A DNA stretch of 64,000 nt, from positions 39,489 to 103,488 of the forward strand of contig JAHFJA010000002.1 of assembly GCA_023246095.1 (NCBI GenBank), given 5' to 3'. The DNA is from a bacterium. GTDB taxonomy: Bacteria; Patescibacteriota; Patescibacteriia; JACQRZ01. This document shows, piece by piece, positions 50,509 to 59,234 of this stretch. The notes beneath the pieces are model-generated. The model saw nothing but the letters and a program-made list of their open reading frames with translations. It was not told the origin of the DNA and made no database searches. The translations under genes and the position numbers were made by a program. How positions within the stretch are numbered: position 1 is the stretch's first letter; the number at the start of each line of letters is the position of its first letter.

Positions 50509-51132
50509 ATGCCAAAAGCAACGATGCCCCCTACCAAGAAAAAGAGTACGAAGAGCGCACCTGCCCGTGTTCGTAAGACAGCTCCAGAACAAGCGGAAGT
50601 TCCTGAGATCACTATTCCTCGCAGTAACCAGGAATATCTCCATTGGACAATTTTTGTCGTCGTGTCGGTGTTAGTAGCATTTACTGTTATCTATGCTGGT
50701 CGATCTGATTCTTCCAGTAATGCCGCAATGATTCCTTCACCAACTACTCAGAGTAAATCGACTACAAAAGAAGCTCCCCCTTATGTCCCTGAACCAACCA
50801 GCAAAACAGCTCAGAGCGAACAAGGAGTGATTGGTAAAGTTTTAAGCGTTACCGCTGACACACTGACATTAGAAAGCATCGCTCCTACCAAAGAAGGAGC
50901 AGCTATCGGCACGGTCTATACCACAAAAATCACGAGCGCAACAAAATTTGTCTACCACCCTGTCACCAGCAAAAAGGATAGCACAACAAAAACATTTGGT
51001 GCAGAAGCGGGTAATCTAGCGAATATCAAAAAAGGTATGTACGCATCAGCGACGACTCTTTCTGATGTAAACAAGCAGACAACGTTTGATGCGATCGAGG
51101 TGAACTATTCCGAAGCAAGTCCGTTGGAGTAG
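50509..51132 (+). CDS. membrane-anchored protein with DUF5666/OB-like domain
   Basis: TM, then VIGKVLSV..DTLTL...TKF...NIKKG; paralog of 52983..53588. Confidence 0.75.
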   Translation: MPKATMPPTKKKSTKSAPARVRKTAPEQAEVPEITIPRSNQEYLHWTIFVVVSVLVAFTVIYAGRSDSSSNAAMIPSPTTQSKSTTKEAPPYVPEPTSKTAQSEQGVIGKVLSVTADTLTLESIAPTKEGAAIGTVYTTKITSATKFVYHPVTSKKDSTTKTFGAEAGNLANIKKGMYASATTLSDVNKQTTFDAIEVNYSEASPLE

Positions 51133-51154
51133 AGATACTGCCCCGCCGACAACG

Positions 51155-51188
51155 CAAAAAATCCCGCAACTTGAGTGCGGGATTTTTG
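51155..51188. terminator. bidirectional terminator (AAATCCCRCA palindrome copy 1)
   Basis: caaaaaatcccgca-acttgag-tgcgggatttttg. Confidence 0.85.
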
Positions 51189-51207
51189 ACACACTTTTTG
51201 CAATACC

Positions 51208-51564
51208 TTACTCCTTTATTGGGCTAAGAAGTTTCTTCAATGTCGGTATATCCTCCTTCAATGTGTCCCACAGTATTGGTAACTCAATGTCGTCGTAGTG
51301 ATGAATCAATTTATCTCGCATTCCTGCCATTTCTCTCCAAGGAATATCCGGATATTGTTTTTTCATCGACAATGAAATACGTTTTGCCGCTTCACCGATT
51401 ATTTCAATACGCCGAATAATAGCATCTTGTGTTTTAGTATCACCAGCGAAAGAAGTTTTCTTTACACCCTTAATATAACTTTCTATCGCATAGATAGAAT
51501 CGGCAATATGCTTAACGTATAACTGATCCCTCTTAGAAGAGTCGTTTTTTTTCTTTGTTGACAT
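51208..51564 (-). CDS. hepT: HepT/DUF86 HEPN ribonuclease toxin
   Basis: EIIGEA, IPW, RX4HXY motif (RDKLIHHY). Confidence 0.93.
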   Translation of the reverse strand: MSTKKKNDSSKRDQLYVKHIADSIYAIESYIKGVKKTSFAGDTKTQDAIIRRIEIIGEAAKRISLSMKKQYPDIPWREMAGMRDKLIHHYDDIELPILWDTLKEDIPTLKKLLSPIKE

Positions 51565-51823
51565 TTGAGCGCATGTGTTTACAAAGACTCTCTTCGGTTA
51601 TGAGATCCACTCTCTTACCAATGAGGTCCTCTATTTGAAATTGCAAACCGAGAAGTCCTAAAAGGGTAACTTTCTTATTCTTTTTGAATGTGACAAGAAG
51701 ATCAAGATCACTCGTTTTTTTTGCATCTCCTCGCGCGTACGAGCCAAATATATGAGCGCGAGAAACTCCCGATTTCTTTAAAATCGGTATTGTATTTGAA
51801 AATTGTTGTATAGCTTGTTCCAT
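51533..51823 (-). CDS. mntA: minimal nucleotidyltransferase antitoxin
   Basis: FGSYARG...SDLDLLV, VDL; overlaps hepT. Confidence 0.93.
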   Translation of the reverse strand: MEQAIQQFSNTIPILKKSGVSRAHIFGSYARGDAKKTSDLDLLVTFKKNKKVTLLGLLGLQFQIEDLIGKRVDLITEESLCKHMRSNVNKEKKRLF

Positions 51824-51973
51824 ATACCCATACTACCTAAAATTGGATAAAAATACAATCGCCCCCCCCTGTTTACGTCTCGACTGAGCTGTTTTCTTAT
51901 CCACAAGTACAGCATTATTGCCAAAAATTTCTTCATGATATAGTGGCAATATTAAATATAACGTCACACTTTT

Positions 51974-52147
51974 ATGACGGTTTATAAATGCGATTTGTGC
52001 TTGCAAGAGATATCTCACGCAGAAGACAATATTTACATTGGCCGAAAAATCTTGCGATGGGTGACTTTATGCACTGAGTGCGGTAAGCCGGCATTGGATT
52101 TTTTGGAATCAGTAGAACTAAAACTTGAAAAGAAGTCTTCCTTGTAA
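51974..52147 (+). CDS. small CxxC...CxxC zinc-binding protein (57 aa, absent from ORF track)
   Basis: own translation: MTVYKCDLCLQEISHAEDNIYIGRKILRWVTLCTECGKPALDFLESVELKLEKKSSL*. Confidence 0.7.
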   Translation: MTVYKCDLCLQEISHAEDNIYIGRKILRWVTLCTECGKPALDFLESVELKLEKKSSL

Positions 52148-52308
52148 CAGATGCACGGGAGTCATAGACTCGTATCCTTGAGGCATCATAATCGTATCAA
52201 AATGATACGATTCTATGACCAGGAATGTGTTTAGGCTGACGTGATAATTCACCCAAGAAGTCAGATGGCCTCTTGGATTTTCCATAAAAAAATATAACCG
52301 ATATTTTG

Positions 52309-52338
52309 AAATCCCACAAACCATAGTGCGGGATTTTT
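52309..52338. terminator. hairpin (palindrome copy 2)
   Basis: aaatcccaca-aaccatag-tgcgggattttt. Confidence 0.6.
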
Positions 52339-52364
52339 AAATATAGAAAGGGGCACATTCGTAA

Positions 52365-52730
52365 CTACACATCATTCTTTATATATTGTACTGCCTCGCT
52401 TTTGGTGATTATTTCTTTATTACGAAGAAGTGTTGCAGTGTTAATTTTTATCTCGTTCTTTGTGTCTTCAATCTTATCCATCAAACGGTGCTCCATCTTT
52501 CCCATGTCTGCTCTCAGCAAACCTAAATCCTCTTTTGTAGCAAAATGCTCAATATCTTTCTTTGTGGCAAAATCACGAAGATCATCTTTTGTAGCAAAGT
52601 TTTCAAGGTCTTTCTTTGTCGCCATATTAGCAAATCCCTTTCCCACCATCAGAGCAAAATCGTCAAAACGAGCTTCGAGGGTTGTATTAAGAATCTGTGT
52701 AAATTCTTCTTTTGAAAGTGGGGTGTCCAT
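52365..52730 (-). CDS. coiled-coil protein with ATKxD(L/I) repeats
   Basis: ATKKDLENF-ATKDDLRDF-ATKKDIEHF-ATKEDL. Confidence 0.8.
   Translation of the reverse strand: MDTPLSKEEFTQILNTTLEARFDDFALMVGKGFANMATKKDLENFATKDDLRDFATKKDIEHFATKEDLGLLRADMGKMEHRLMDKIEDTKNEIKINTATLLRNKEIITKSEAVQYIKNDV
52523..52623 (-). repeat. 27-bp degenerate tandem repeat (4 units) in CDS
   Basis: tttgtRgc(a/c) recurs with 27-nt period. Confidence 0.75.
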
Positions 52731-52922
52731 ATAATGTTATTAATGGCACTAAGATATAAGAAACTATATCAAACCTTCAAAAAAACAACAACCGTTATAT
52801 TCGACGTACATTGTGCTATAATACATACATCTGACCCTTAACAAATTATTCTTAATTCATGAATTTATAACTATTATGTCAAAGATGCCCTTTAGGGTGC
52901 CAGGACCTATGCAGATACCTAC

Positions 52923-52954
52923 TTAAAAATCCCGCATTCATGTGGGATTTTTAA
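52923..52954. terminator. bidirectional terminator (palindrome copy 3)
   Basis: ttaaaaatcccgca-ttca-tgtgggatttttaa. Confidence 0.85.
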
Positions 52955-52982
52955 TTTATAATGTTTTTTGAAAGGACTATAC

Positions 52983-53588
52983 TTATTTCTTAGTATAAGG
53001 ATTATTTTTTGAATATATGACTTGCTCAGGAGTTTGATTTAACAAAGTAGGATCTGTCGTATTGACTTGAATATAATCTCCTTTTTTGACATCCTCACGT
53101 TTTCCAATTGTCATAGTTATTTTTTTGTTTACATCAGAAACTGGTGTAACAAAGCTTGTTTGCTCATTTAAAGAAAAAGTATAAATTTTTCCACTAAGTG
53201 TCCCTGGGGTTGTTTGTATCTTCATATTGTTCTCGTACGCCCTCATTACCAAAGTTTTATCATTAACACTATCAACCTCTCCGACAACAGGCAATCCAGC
53301 AACGACAGATACTCTAGTTGCTGGTTGGGCTACTCTTGTTTTTTCCCCCAAGCCTAATAACTGTTTCATTGTAGTTGGGGTAGTGTTTTGTTCGTTCTTA
53401 GTTATCGGTTTACTAAGCTTTTCCAGATTGGAAATCTCTGCCATATTTGTCGGTTCGCTATCGATGCTCGTTTTATTGATTTGCAGTGTCAATCGAACTG
53501 TTAAAAACAATGATACCAGCGAAATGACACCGAATAAGCCAACGATTAGAAAAAATAAAGTCTGAGGTTTTTTTGAACTTATCATCAT
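52983..53588 (-). CDS. membrane-anchored protein with DUF5666/OB-like domain
   Basis: TM, then VVGEVDSV..KTLVM...TSF...DVKKGD; likely start MMISSKK. Confidence 0.75.
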   Translation of the reverse strand: MMISSKKPQTLFFLIVGLFGVISLVSLFLTVRLTLQINKTSIDSEPTNMAEISNLEKLSKPITKNEQNTTPTTMKQLLGLGEKTRVAQPATRVSVVAGLPVVGEVDSVNDKTLVMRAYENNMKIQTTPGTLSGKIYTFSLNEQTSFVTPVSDVNKKITMTIGKREDVKKGDYIQVNTTDPTLLNQTPEQVIYSKNNPYTKK

Positions 53589-53617
53589 ATATAATTTGTG
53601 GTAGTTATATATCTCAA

Positions 53618-56215
53618 TTAAAAATCTGAACCAATACAATCCTTGTCAAAATATATTCCACCAGGACTAAACAAATTACCATTTTCGTACCTAGCACTAC
53701 ACGTCATATATCGATACATCGATGGAAGACCCGAACCTACTGTTGCTGGGTGCATATCTATTTTTAATATACCGAGATCCATTTCAAGAGCTACTCCAAC
53801 AAATAAGTTTCGACCTACATATGTCTCATTAGCTGAAGACAAATCTCCACCAGAAACAATATCGCCATCAGCAACAATATTACGCCCAACAGTAAGATCT
53901 CGCCCCACATCGGTATCTCTACCTGAATGTAAGCGATCTCCACCTATTTCTCCTGTTACACCAATATTCCCTCCGTGAGTAAGGTCAGTTAAACTACCTA
54001 TTAAAGCTATATCTTTCCCGTTTGCTACATATCCAGCATCAAGAACTGCTTGAAGATCACCAGATCCCCCTGTCCCTGTACCCCCCGGCCAATCTGTTCT
54101 ACAAACACCACCGATACAGACATTTCCCTTGAAATTTGCAAGCCCCTCAAACGTGGCTTGCTCTCTAAACCAAGAAAAATCGTCAACTTGTAGTGCATTT
54201 TGATGCAGCCCTCCAATCATAGGTAGTGCCTCAATTTGTAATCCACCTTGAAGGTTAATTTTATTGTTCGTAACAGCCCCCAGGTCTGTAACTTGTTGCA
54301 ACGTGCCCACTGAACCGCTTCCTGACGGATATGTGATAACGTTTGTAATTGACGTACTATCATTGGTATCTCCAAGATTATCTTTGCCACACCCCCAACC
54401 AGTGCCATTATACTTGAGTACTTGCTGGCTGGAACAGGAAGGCAACTGCATAGGTGATGGCCAACCAATTCTGCAATCTGTTCCTATACAAACCGTTGGT
54501 GCCTTTAATTGCATATTTGACGTAATAGCACCCGTAGCCGTGATTATACCGCCTGATACAATCTGGCCAGTAGTAGTAACGGAACCGGCACTTAGTGTAC
54601 GGATCTGCATATCTTGAGTTGGTGCCTGATTGTTAATAGCAAGAACATCACCAAGACCTTGATTTCCTACCTTAAGAACAAGCCGGTCCGGTGACCAAGT
54701 ACTGATACATGTTGCTCCATTAAGACATATCGAGGGTGTAGTCACCGAGGTTGTTGCAGTAATCGCTCCTGCGGTTAACGCCCCACTACCCGCATTAATA
54801 CCAGCTCCGTTGGTGACAATACCCCCATTGGCCGACAAAAGTCCCGTAAACGTCCCCGTACCTCCGCTAATAGGACCAGTTCCAGCATTAATACCAGCTC
54901 CGTTGGTGACTACACCCCCATTAGCAGTTAAGAGTCCTGTGATAGTGGTGGCGCCTGTAACACCAAGTTTACCTTTTAGTGTCGTATCATTCGATACATC
55001 TAACGTTCCATTGATGGCGGTATTGCCCCCGATAGTCAAACGATTCCCTGCTACAGGCGGTGTTCCGATACCGACCAATCCATTTATTTGAAGATTCCCA
55101 TAACTACCGGAAGGACTCGTCCCGTTTACACTCAATAAATCCCCCGTTGATGCGCCCTCCAGAACACTCACTGCATTAACTCCCGTCCCCACTCCGATCT
55201 GGTACTTTCCTGTTTTGGAAGCAGTACCCGACTGTATCGTCCCATTCACATCAAGTGGTACTGCGGGGTTTGCTCTCCCAATACCCACAAGTCCGTTTAT
55301 CGCAACATTAGTATAAGCATTAGAACCCCCAATTGGCCCGTTGATGTTCAGTAAGCTTCCATCAGCCACGGAAGATTCTATTGCCGACTTACCTCCAATT
55401 TGAAATTTTCCTAGATTATTAGCCGTACTTGATTGCACTGTCCCGTTTACATCAAGCGCTGTCGCGGGACTAACATTCCCGATCCCCATCCTATTATTCA
55501 AAAGCGTAACAAACTTGTTTATAATCCCCCCATTTTTTATGTCCAAATTCCCTGCGGCTTCCATATTTCCGTCAGTGTCGACGCGAAACTTTTTAACAAA
55601 CCCTTTTTCAAACAACAGAAAATTCGGCGTAGTAAGCGGGTTACCTGTAGAGAACGTATTATTATGCACATTTCCAAACAAAAGATTTGTCCCTGCAGCC
55701 AAGATAGGACCCGGGCTAATAGGGCCCAGAGCAACATCAAACACGGTACCCAAAGTTGTCATACCCCCGATAGCGGTTGTCTCATCCCCATCTTGGTCCA
55801 GCACGACCCCGTGTGTCGTAAAGCGTCCCTTGTTCGTCACGTCTTGAAGTGAAGGACTGATGTTCAGCCAATCACTTCGACAATCAGGACTCGAGGCAGG
55901 TCCAAAACAAAGAGTGGAAACAACAAGCCTGCCCCCTGCACTACTTCCCAACACCATATCACCCAAAAATTTGGAAGCATCGGCGCTAATATCAAGAACA
56001 CTTTTTAACCCCCCAGGACCAGCACCCGTATCTGGTTGTCCGTAGGGAGGAAGCTGTACCGGCTCTTTAAACGCTGCCTGTGCAACCTGGTGACCCATGA
56101 ACACGAACAAGGCAACCGCGACCACCAAAAAAGGAAGCAGTACTTTTTTTGTAGTGGCTATCCCCTTCTTCGACTTTAGTTCTGATGATGTTGATATGTT
56201 CTTTATCTCTTTCAT
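53618..56215 (-). CDS. secreted fibre/adhesin-like repeat protein
   Basis: signal peptide ending AQA; FKEPVQLPP motif; four C-x4-7-C-x3-W units; GIG...P...LDVNG repeats; Gly/Thr-rich beta repeats. Confidence 0.85.
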   Translation of the reverse strand: MKEIKNISTSSELKSKKGIATTKKVLLPFLVVAVALFVFMGHQVAQAAFKEPVQLPPYGQPDTGAGPGGLKSVLDISADASKFLGDMVLGSSAGGRLVVSTLCFGPASSPDCRSDWLNISPSLQDVTNKGRFTTHGVVLDQDGDETTAIGGMTTLGTVFDVALGPISPGPILAAGTNLLFGNVHNNTFSTGNPLTTPNFLLFEKGFVKKFRVDTDGNMEAAGNLDIKNGGIINKFVTLLNNRMGIGNVSPATALDVNGTVQSSTANNLGKFQIGGKSAIESSVADGSLLNINGPIGGSNAYTNVAINGLVGIGRANPAVPLDVNGTIQSGTASKTGKYQIGVGTGVNAVSVLEGASTGDLLSVNGTSPSGSYGNLQINGLVGIGTPPVAGNRLTIGGNTAINGTLDVSNDTTLKGKLGVTGATTITGLLTANGGVVTNGAGINAGTGPISGGTGTFTGLLSANGGIVTNGAGINAGSGALTAGAITATTSVTTPSICLNGATCISTWSPDRLVLKVGNQGLGDVLAINNQAPTQDMQIRTLSAGSVTTTGQIVSGGIITATGAITSNMQLKAPTVCIGTDCRIGWPSPMQLPSCSSQQVLKYNGTGWGCGKDNLGDTNDSTSITNVITYPSGSGSVGTLQQVTDLGAVTNNKINLQGGLQIEALPMIGGLHQNALQVDDFSWFREQATFEGLANFKGNVCIGGVCRTDWPGGTGTGGSGDLQAVLDAGYVANGKDIALIGSLTDLTHGGNIGVTGEIGGDRLHSGRDTDVGRDLTVGRNIVADGDIVSGGDLSSANETYVGRNLFVGVALEMDLGILKIDMHPATVGSGLPSMYRYMTCSARYENGNLFSPGGIYFDKDCIGSDF
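54792..54910. repeat. exact 26-bp direct repeat, 93-bp spacing, in fibre gene
   Basis: gcattaataccagctccgttggtgac at 54792-54817 and 54885-54910. Confidence 0.9.
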
Positions 56216-56327
56216 ATTGCAGATCGTAGATGCCCTTGTGGATAGGGTCTCAGATTATTATAGAGAAAGTATACCATGAAATATATAAATGGATAATATT
56301 TTTCGACGAAGATACCAAAATCACTTC

Positions 56328-57038
56328 TCATCTCAAAACCGATTGATAGTTCTTAAGCAAAAATACTGTTTCGGTTTTGAGATGCGTCTTGACCCACGCT
56401 TTATTTTTTTCATTCAAAAGCTCACCTAATCCTTGCAATATCTGTGCATCTTTCACTTGTTCGACAAGAGAAATACAGTCATCGATGTACTCTTTCAGGC
56501 TTTTTGTCGTCCACTTCGCCAACACCTCTCTGTCAATATCCCAGTTATTTTTTGCAAAGTACCACACATCGTAGATATCACGCATTGCGGTTTCGCTTCG
56601 CAAGGTCAACGCAGCAAGCTTGCTTGCGAATAGATATGGCCTTTTGGCAACGAACATTGAAATCCCCAAATACTCTTTTAGTTCATATTCCTCCTTGAGG
56701 TCAGGCACCACCCTTCTTGTACTTATCTCAATTTTAATATTGTGGTCAGTATCCCCGTAAGAAAGAAGACAAAAGATAGTATTCATTTTTATGTAACTGT
56801 CTTTGATAATGCCATATCGCTCTAAAATCGTTTTAATCCTCTCGAAGATTAATGTATAAGTATCTTGATCGCCACCAATCACATCAAAATCCAAATCAAC
56901 TGAAAATCGTGGCAACTCGTAAAAAAAATATGCACACGTACCCCCTTTAAAACCCAAAAATGGCGCAATTGACACATCAGCATATATGTCTCGCAAAATC
57001 CGTCCCATTATGAGTTGGTGTTTTTCTCTATTCAGCAT
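56328..57038 (-). CDS. abiEii: AbiEii-family nucleotidyltransferase toxin (type IV TA)
   Basis: FKGGT, RFSVDLDF, ASKLAAL, RDIYD. Confidence 0.93.
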   Translation of the reverse strand: MLNREKHQLIMGRILRDIYADVSIAPFLGFKGGTCAYFFYELPRFSVDLDFDVIGGDQDTYTLIFERIKTILERYGIIKDSYIKMNTIFCLLSYGDTDHNIKIEISTRRVVPDLKEEYELKEYLGISMFVAKRPYLFASKLAALTLRSETAMRDIYDVWYFAKNNWDIDREVLAKWTTKSLKEYIDDCISLVEQVKDAQILQGLGELLNEKNKAWVKTHLKTETVFLLKNYQSVLR

Positions 57039-57600
57039 ATTTTTTTTGATATCTCCTCAATCGTCTGACGAGCTGTTCGTTCCCATATAGCGAGACCAAA
57101 TCAAAACACTTATCCCAATTAACAGGACGAAGATTATCAAAATGGTAGTCGGGAAAAAGATATATCATATCCAAAAATGCTCGCTCTGCCGAGGCAATAC
57201 CATACGTGCCTTTGTTCTCTATCCCCATTCCATTAAACAACACAGTGTCTTTTAATGTTCTAAATATGATAGTTGTCGAATCGATAACCATTGTTTTCGA
57301 CCAGGGGCCGGCAACAAAAATTGCGTCATAATACTGAAACACCATACCTTCTTCTCGAAGCACGGATTCAAAACTGATATATGAAGGAGTATAGATACTC
57401 GTCGCGAGTTCTTTTGAATTATAATTCTTATCTTTTGCAAACACACCACGAGTAAGGCGGATTAAGTCTCCTTGTTTAACATAATATGATATCTTTGATT
57501 TCAGGTTATTTCGATTCGTTTCTCCCCATAATAAAGCTAAATCCTTGCTCGTAAGGATTGTTTTGGGGGACTGGTACAATATAGCAATCAAGTTATCCAT
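57028..57600 (-). CDS. abiEi: AbiEi-family antitoxin/regulator
   Basis: LIRLTRGVF, SYISFESVL, ERAFLD; likely start MDNLI (ORF-track start lies in the promoter). Confidence 0.88.
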   Translation of the reverse strand: MDNLIAILYQSPKTILTSKDLALLWGETNRNNLKSKISYYVKQGDLIRLTRGVFAKDKNYNSKELATSIYTPSYISFESVLREEGMVFQYYDAIFVAGPWSKTMVIDSTTIIFRTLKDTVLFNGMGIENKGTYGIASAERAFLDMIYLFPDYHFDNLRPVNWDKCFDLVSLYGNEQLVRRLRRYQKKYAE

Positions 57601-57613
57601 GACGATATGTTTG

Positions 57614-57669
57614 ATGGAAGTACTATACACTCTTACTTCCATTATACATTATTAGTTGCTCCCTGTCAA
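57614..57669 (-). promoter_or_regulatory. consensus promoter plus operator palindrome of abiE-1
   Basis: TTGACA-17-TATAAT (57669-57641); ATGGAAGTA-N11-TACTTCCAT (57614-57642). Confidence 0.85.
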
Positions 57670-57811
57670 CTACACGGATCAAAATTATTTTTAAGTCTAT
57701 AACTTAGAGTAAGTCAGTGTGAATAAGGTTAGTTCACTAGACTAGTTATGTACTAATTAAGGTAGTTCTCCAAAAAAATATACCTGTACTACCGTTCAAT
57801 CCGTAACAAAA

Positions 57812-58294
57812 CTATACGTTAAAATGATCCAGATATCCTTTTATGTTTAGGGTCGTTTCGTCAAGTATTATGTTTTCAACAAGGACTTTGAAGACCCACT
57901 GAGTAATCCCCCACGCCGAGAGGATGACGGCCAAACCGAGAAGTGCGTATTTAAGGATGTGTTGTGCTTTTTCTACATTGTCTTTTTCTCCATGCGCGGT
58001 CATCCAAAGAAAGCCTGCATAGAGGATAAGGGAGACGGAGAGAATAGCAAGAAAACCAAGAATGTATTTAAGTACATTTGCTATCAGTGTAATTGGTTCA
58101 AGCTTATTCTGTGGTAAGGTGGTACCTTTAGTGCCCGTAGTATTCTTGAACTCACCTCCTGTGAGTATATCGGACAGAGACACCGCATACGAGGAAATAG
58201 GCATTACGGTCACGACCATACTACCCAAAGTAAAGGTCAGCATACCAATGGCAATAAACGTGCGTGCTTTTTGTATTGATGAAAATATATTCAT
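57812..58294 (-). CDS. VirB2/TrbC-like CPR pilin
   Basis: signal peptide; LGFLA...YAGFLWMTAHGEKDNVEKAQ...ALLGLAVILSAW. Confidence 0.9.
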   Translation of the reverse strand: MNIFSSIQKARTFIAIGMLTFTLGSMVVTVMPISSYAVSLSDILTGGEFKNTTGTKGTTLPQNKLEPITLIANVLKYILGFLAILSVSLILYAGFLWMTAHGEKDNVEKAQHILKYALLGLAVILSAWGITQWVFKVLVENIILDETTLNIKGYLDHFNV

Positions 58295-58296
58295 AT

Positions 58297-58779
58297 CTAG
58301 GTACCCGTAACGGCTTTAGCGATTGTTAAAAGAACCCAGTAGGTCAGTCCCTGTGCCGCAATGATAATTACTAAACCAACGACTGCCGTCTGGAGGAGAT
58401 CTTGTGCTTTTTTTACCTTCTCTTTTTCACCCTGTGCCGTCATCCAGAGATATCCTGCATAAAGAGTGAGAATGAGAAATATTATGCCAAGAAACCCAAG
58501 AAATATTTGAATAACACTCCCAATAATCATACCTATTGAGTTGGTAGGTGCACCCGACGTAGCTCCACAGGTCTTCCCCCATGCACCACCCGCCGTTTGG
58601 AGATAATCTAATATTCCTTTGTCAGCACAATCAGAGGTGGTAACAGCAAATCCATTAATACCCGCAAGAGCGAGGGTGAATACCATCGCACTCATGCCAA
58701 TATATCGAACCGCATGACTCATGCGCTCCGCGACGGACTTGGCTAAAATAGTATTTTCTTTTGTTACCTTCTTTTTCAT
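58297..58779 (-). CDS. VirB2/TrbC-like CPR pilin
   Basis: YAGYLWMTAQGEKEKVKKAQ...AVVGLVII. Confidence 0.9.
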   Translation of the reverse strand: MKKKVTKENTILAKSVAERMSHAVRYIGMSAMVFTLALAGINGFAVTTSDCADKGILDYLQTAGGAWGKTCGATSGAPTNSIGMIIGSVIQIFLGFLGIIFLILTLYAGYLWMTAQGEKEKVKKAQDLLQTAVVGLVIIIAAQGLTYWVLLTIAKAVTGT

Positions 58780-58812
58780 ATCGAAGATATCGCAGATGCC
58801 TTTCGGGTATTA

Positions 58813-59232
58813 TTACTTCACTCCCGTGATGGGTTTAAGGCTTTCCACCACGAAATAGGCAATGGCGTAGGAGGACAAAACGATGATAAGCCCAATCACT
58901 GCCGTCGTGATCATTCCGCGCGCTTTTTCTACCTTTGTCTTATCCCCTTCTGCGGTCATCCACTTGGTGCCGGCATAGAGTAAGATAATCAACAGCACGA
59001 TACCCATTATACCGAGAATCACTTTTATCACTGCGCCAATAATAAGCGGGACTGAGTCGGCGGTTGCCGTCACTTTTGCTGCTGTTTTAGCTTGGTCAAA
59101 TACAGAATTAATGTCATTCTTTGCTGCTATCTGAGTACGGGGAATATTGGTTGTCAGTGTTGTCGTCGCAAACGCACCACTTCCTGCCAACATACTTACC
59201 GAAACAATAATTGCAAAAAAAATCTTTTTCAT
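58813..59232 (-). CDS. VirB2/TrbC-like CPR pilin
   Basis: start MKKIFFA (59232); YAGTKWMTAEGDKTKVEKAR...AVIGLIIVLSSY. Confidence 0.9.
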   Translation of the reverse strand: MKKIFFAIIVSVSMLAGSGAFATTTLTTNIPRTQIAAKNDINSVFDQAKTAAKVTATADSVPLIIGAVIKVILGIMGIVLLIILLYAGTKWMTAEGDKTKVEKARGMITTAVIGLIIVLSSYAIAYFVVESLKPITGVK

Positions 59233-59234
59233 AC

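Noticed and set aside
57670-57811. Possible integron attC site between pilin and abiE-1
   Set aside because: Weak TAAC/GTT boxes without an extended imperfect palindrome; no equivalent between other pilin genes
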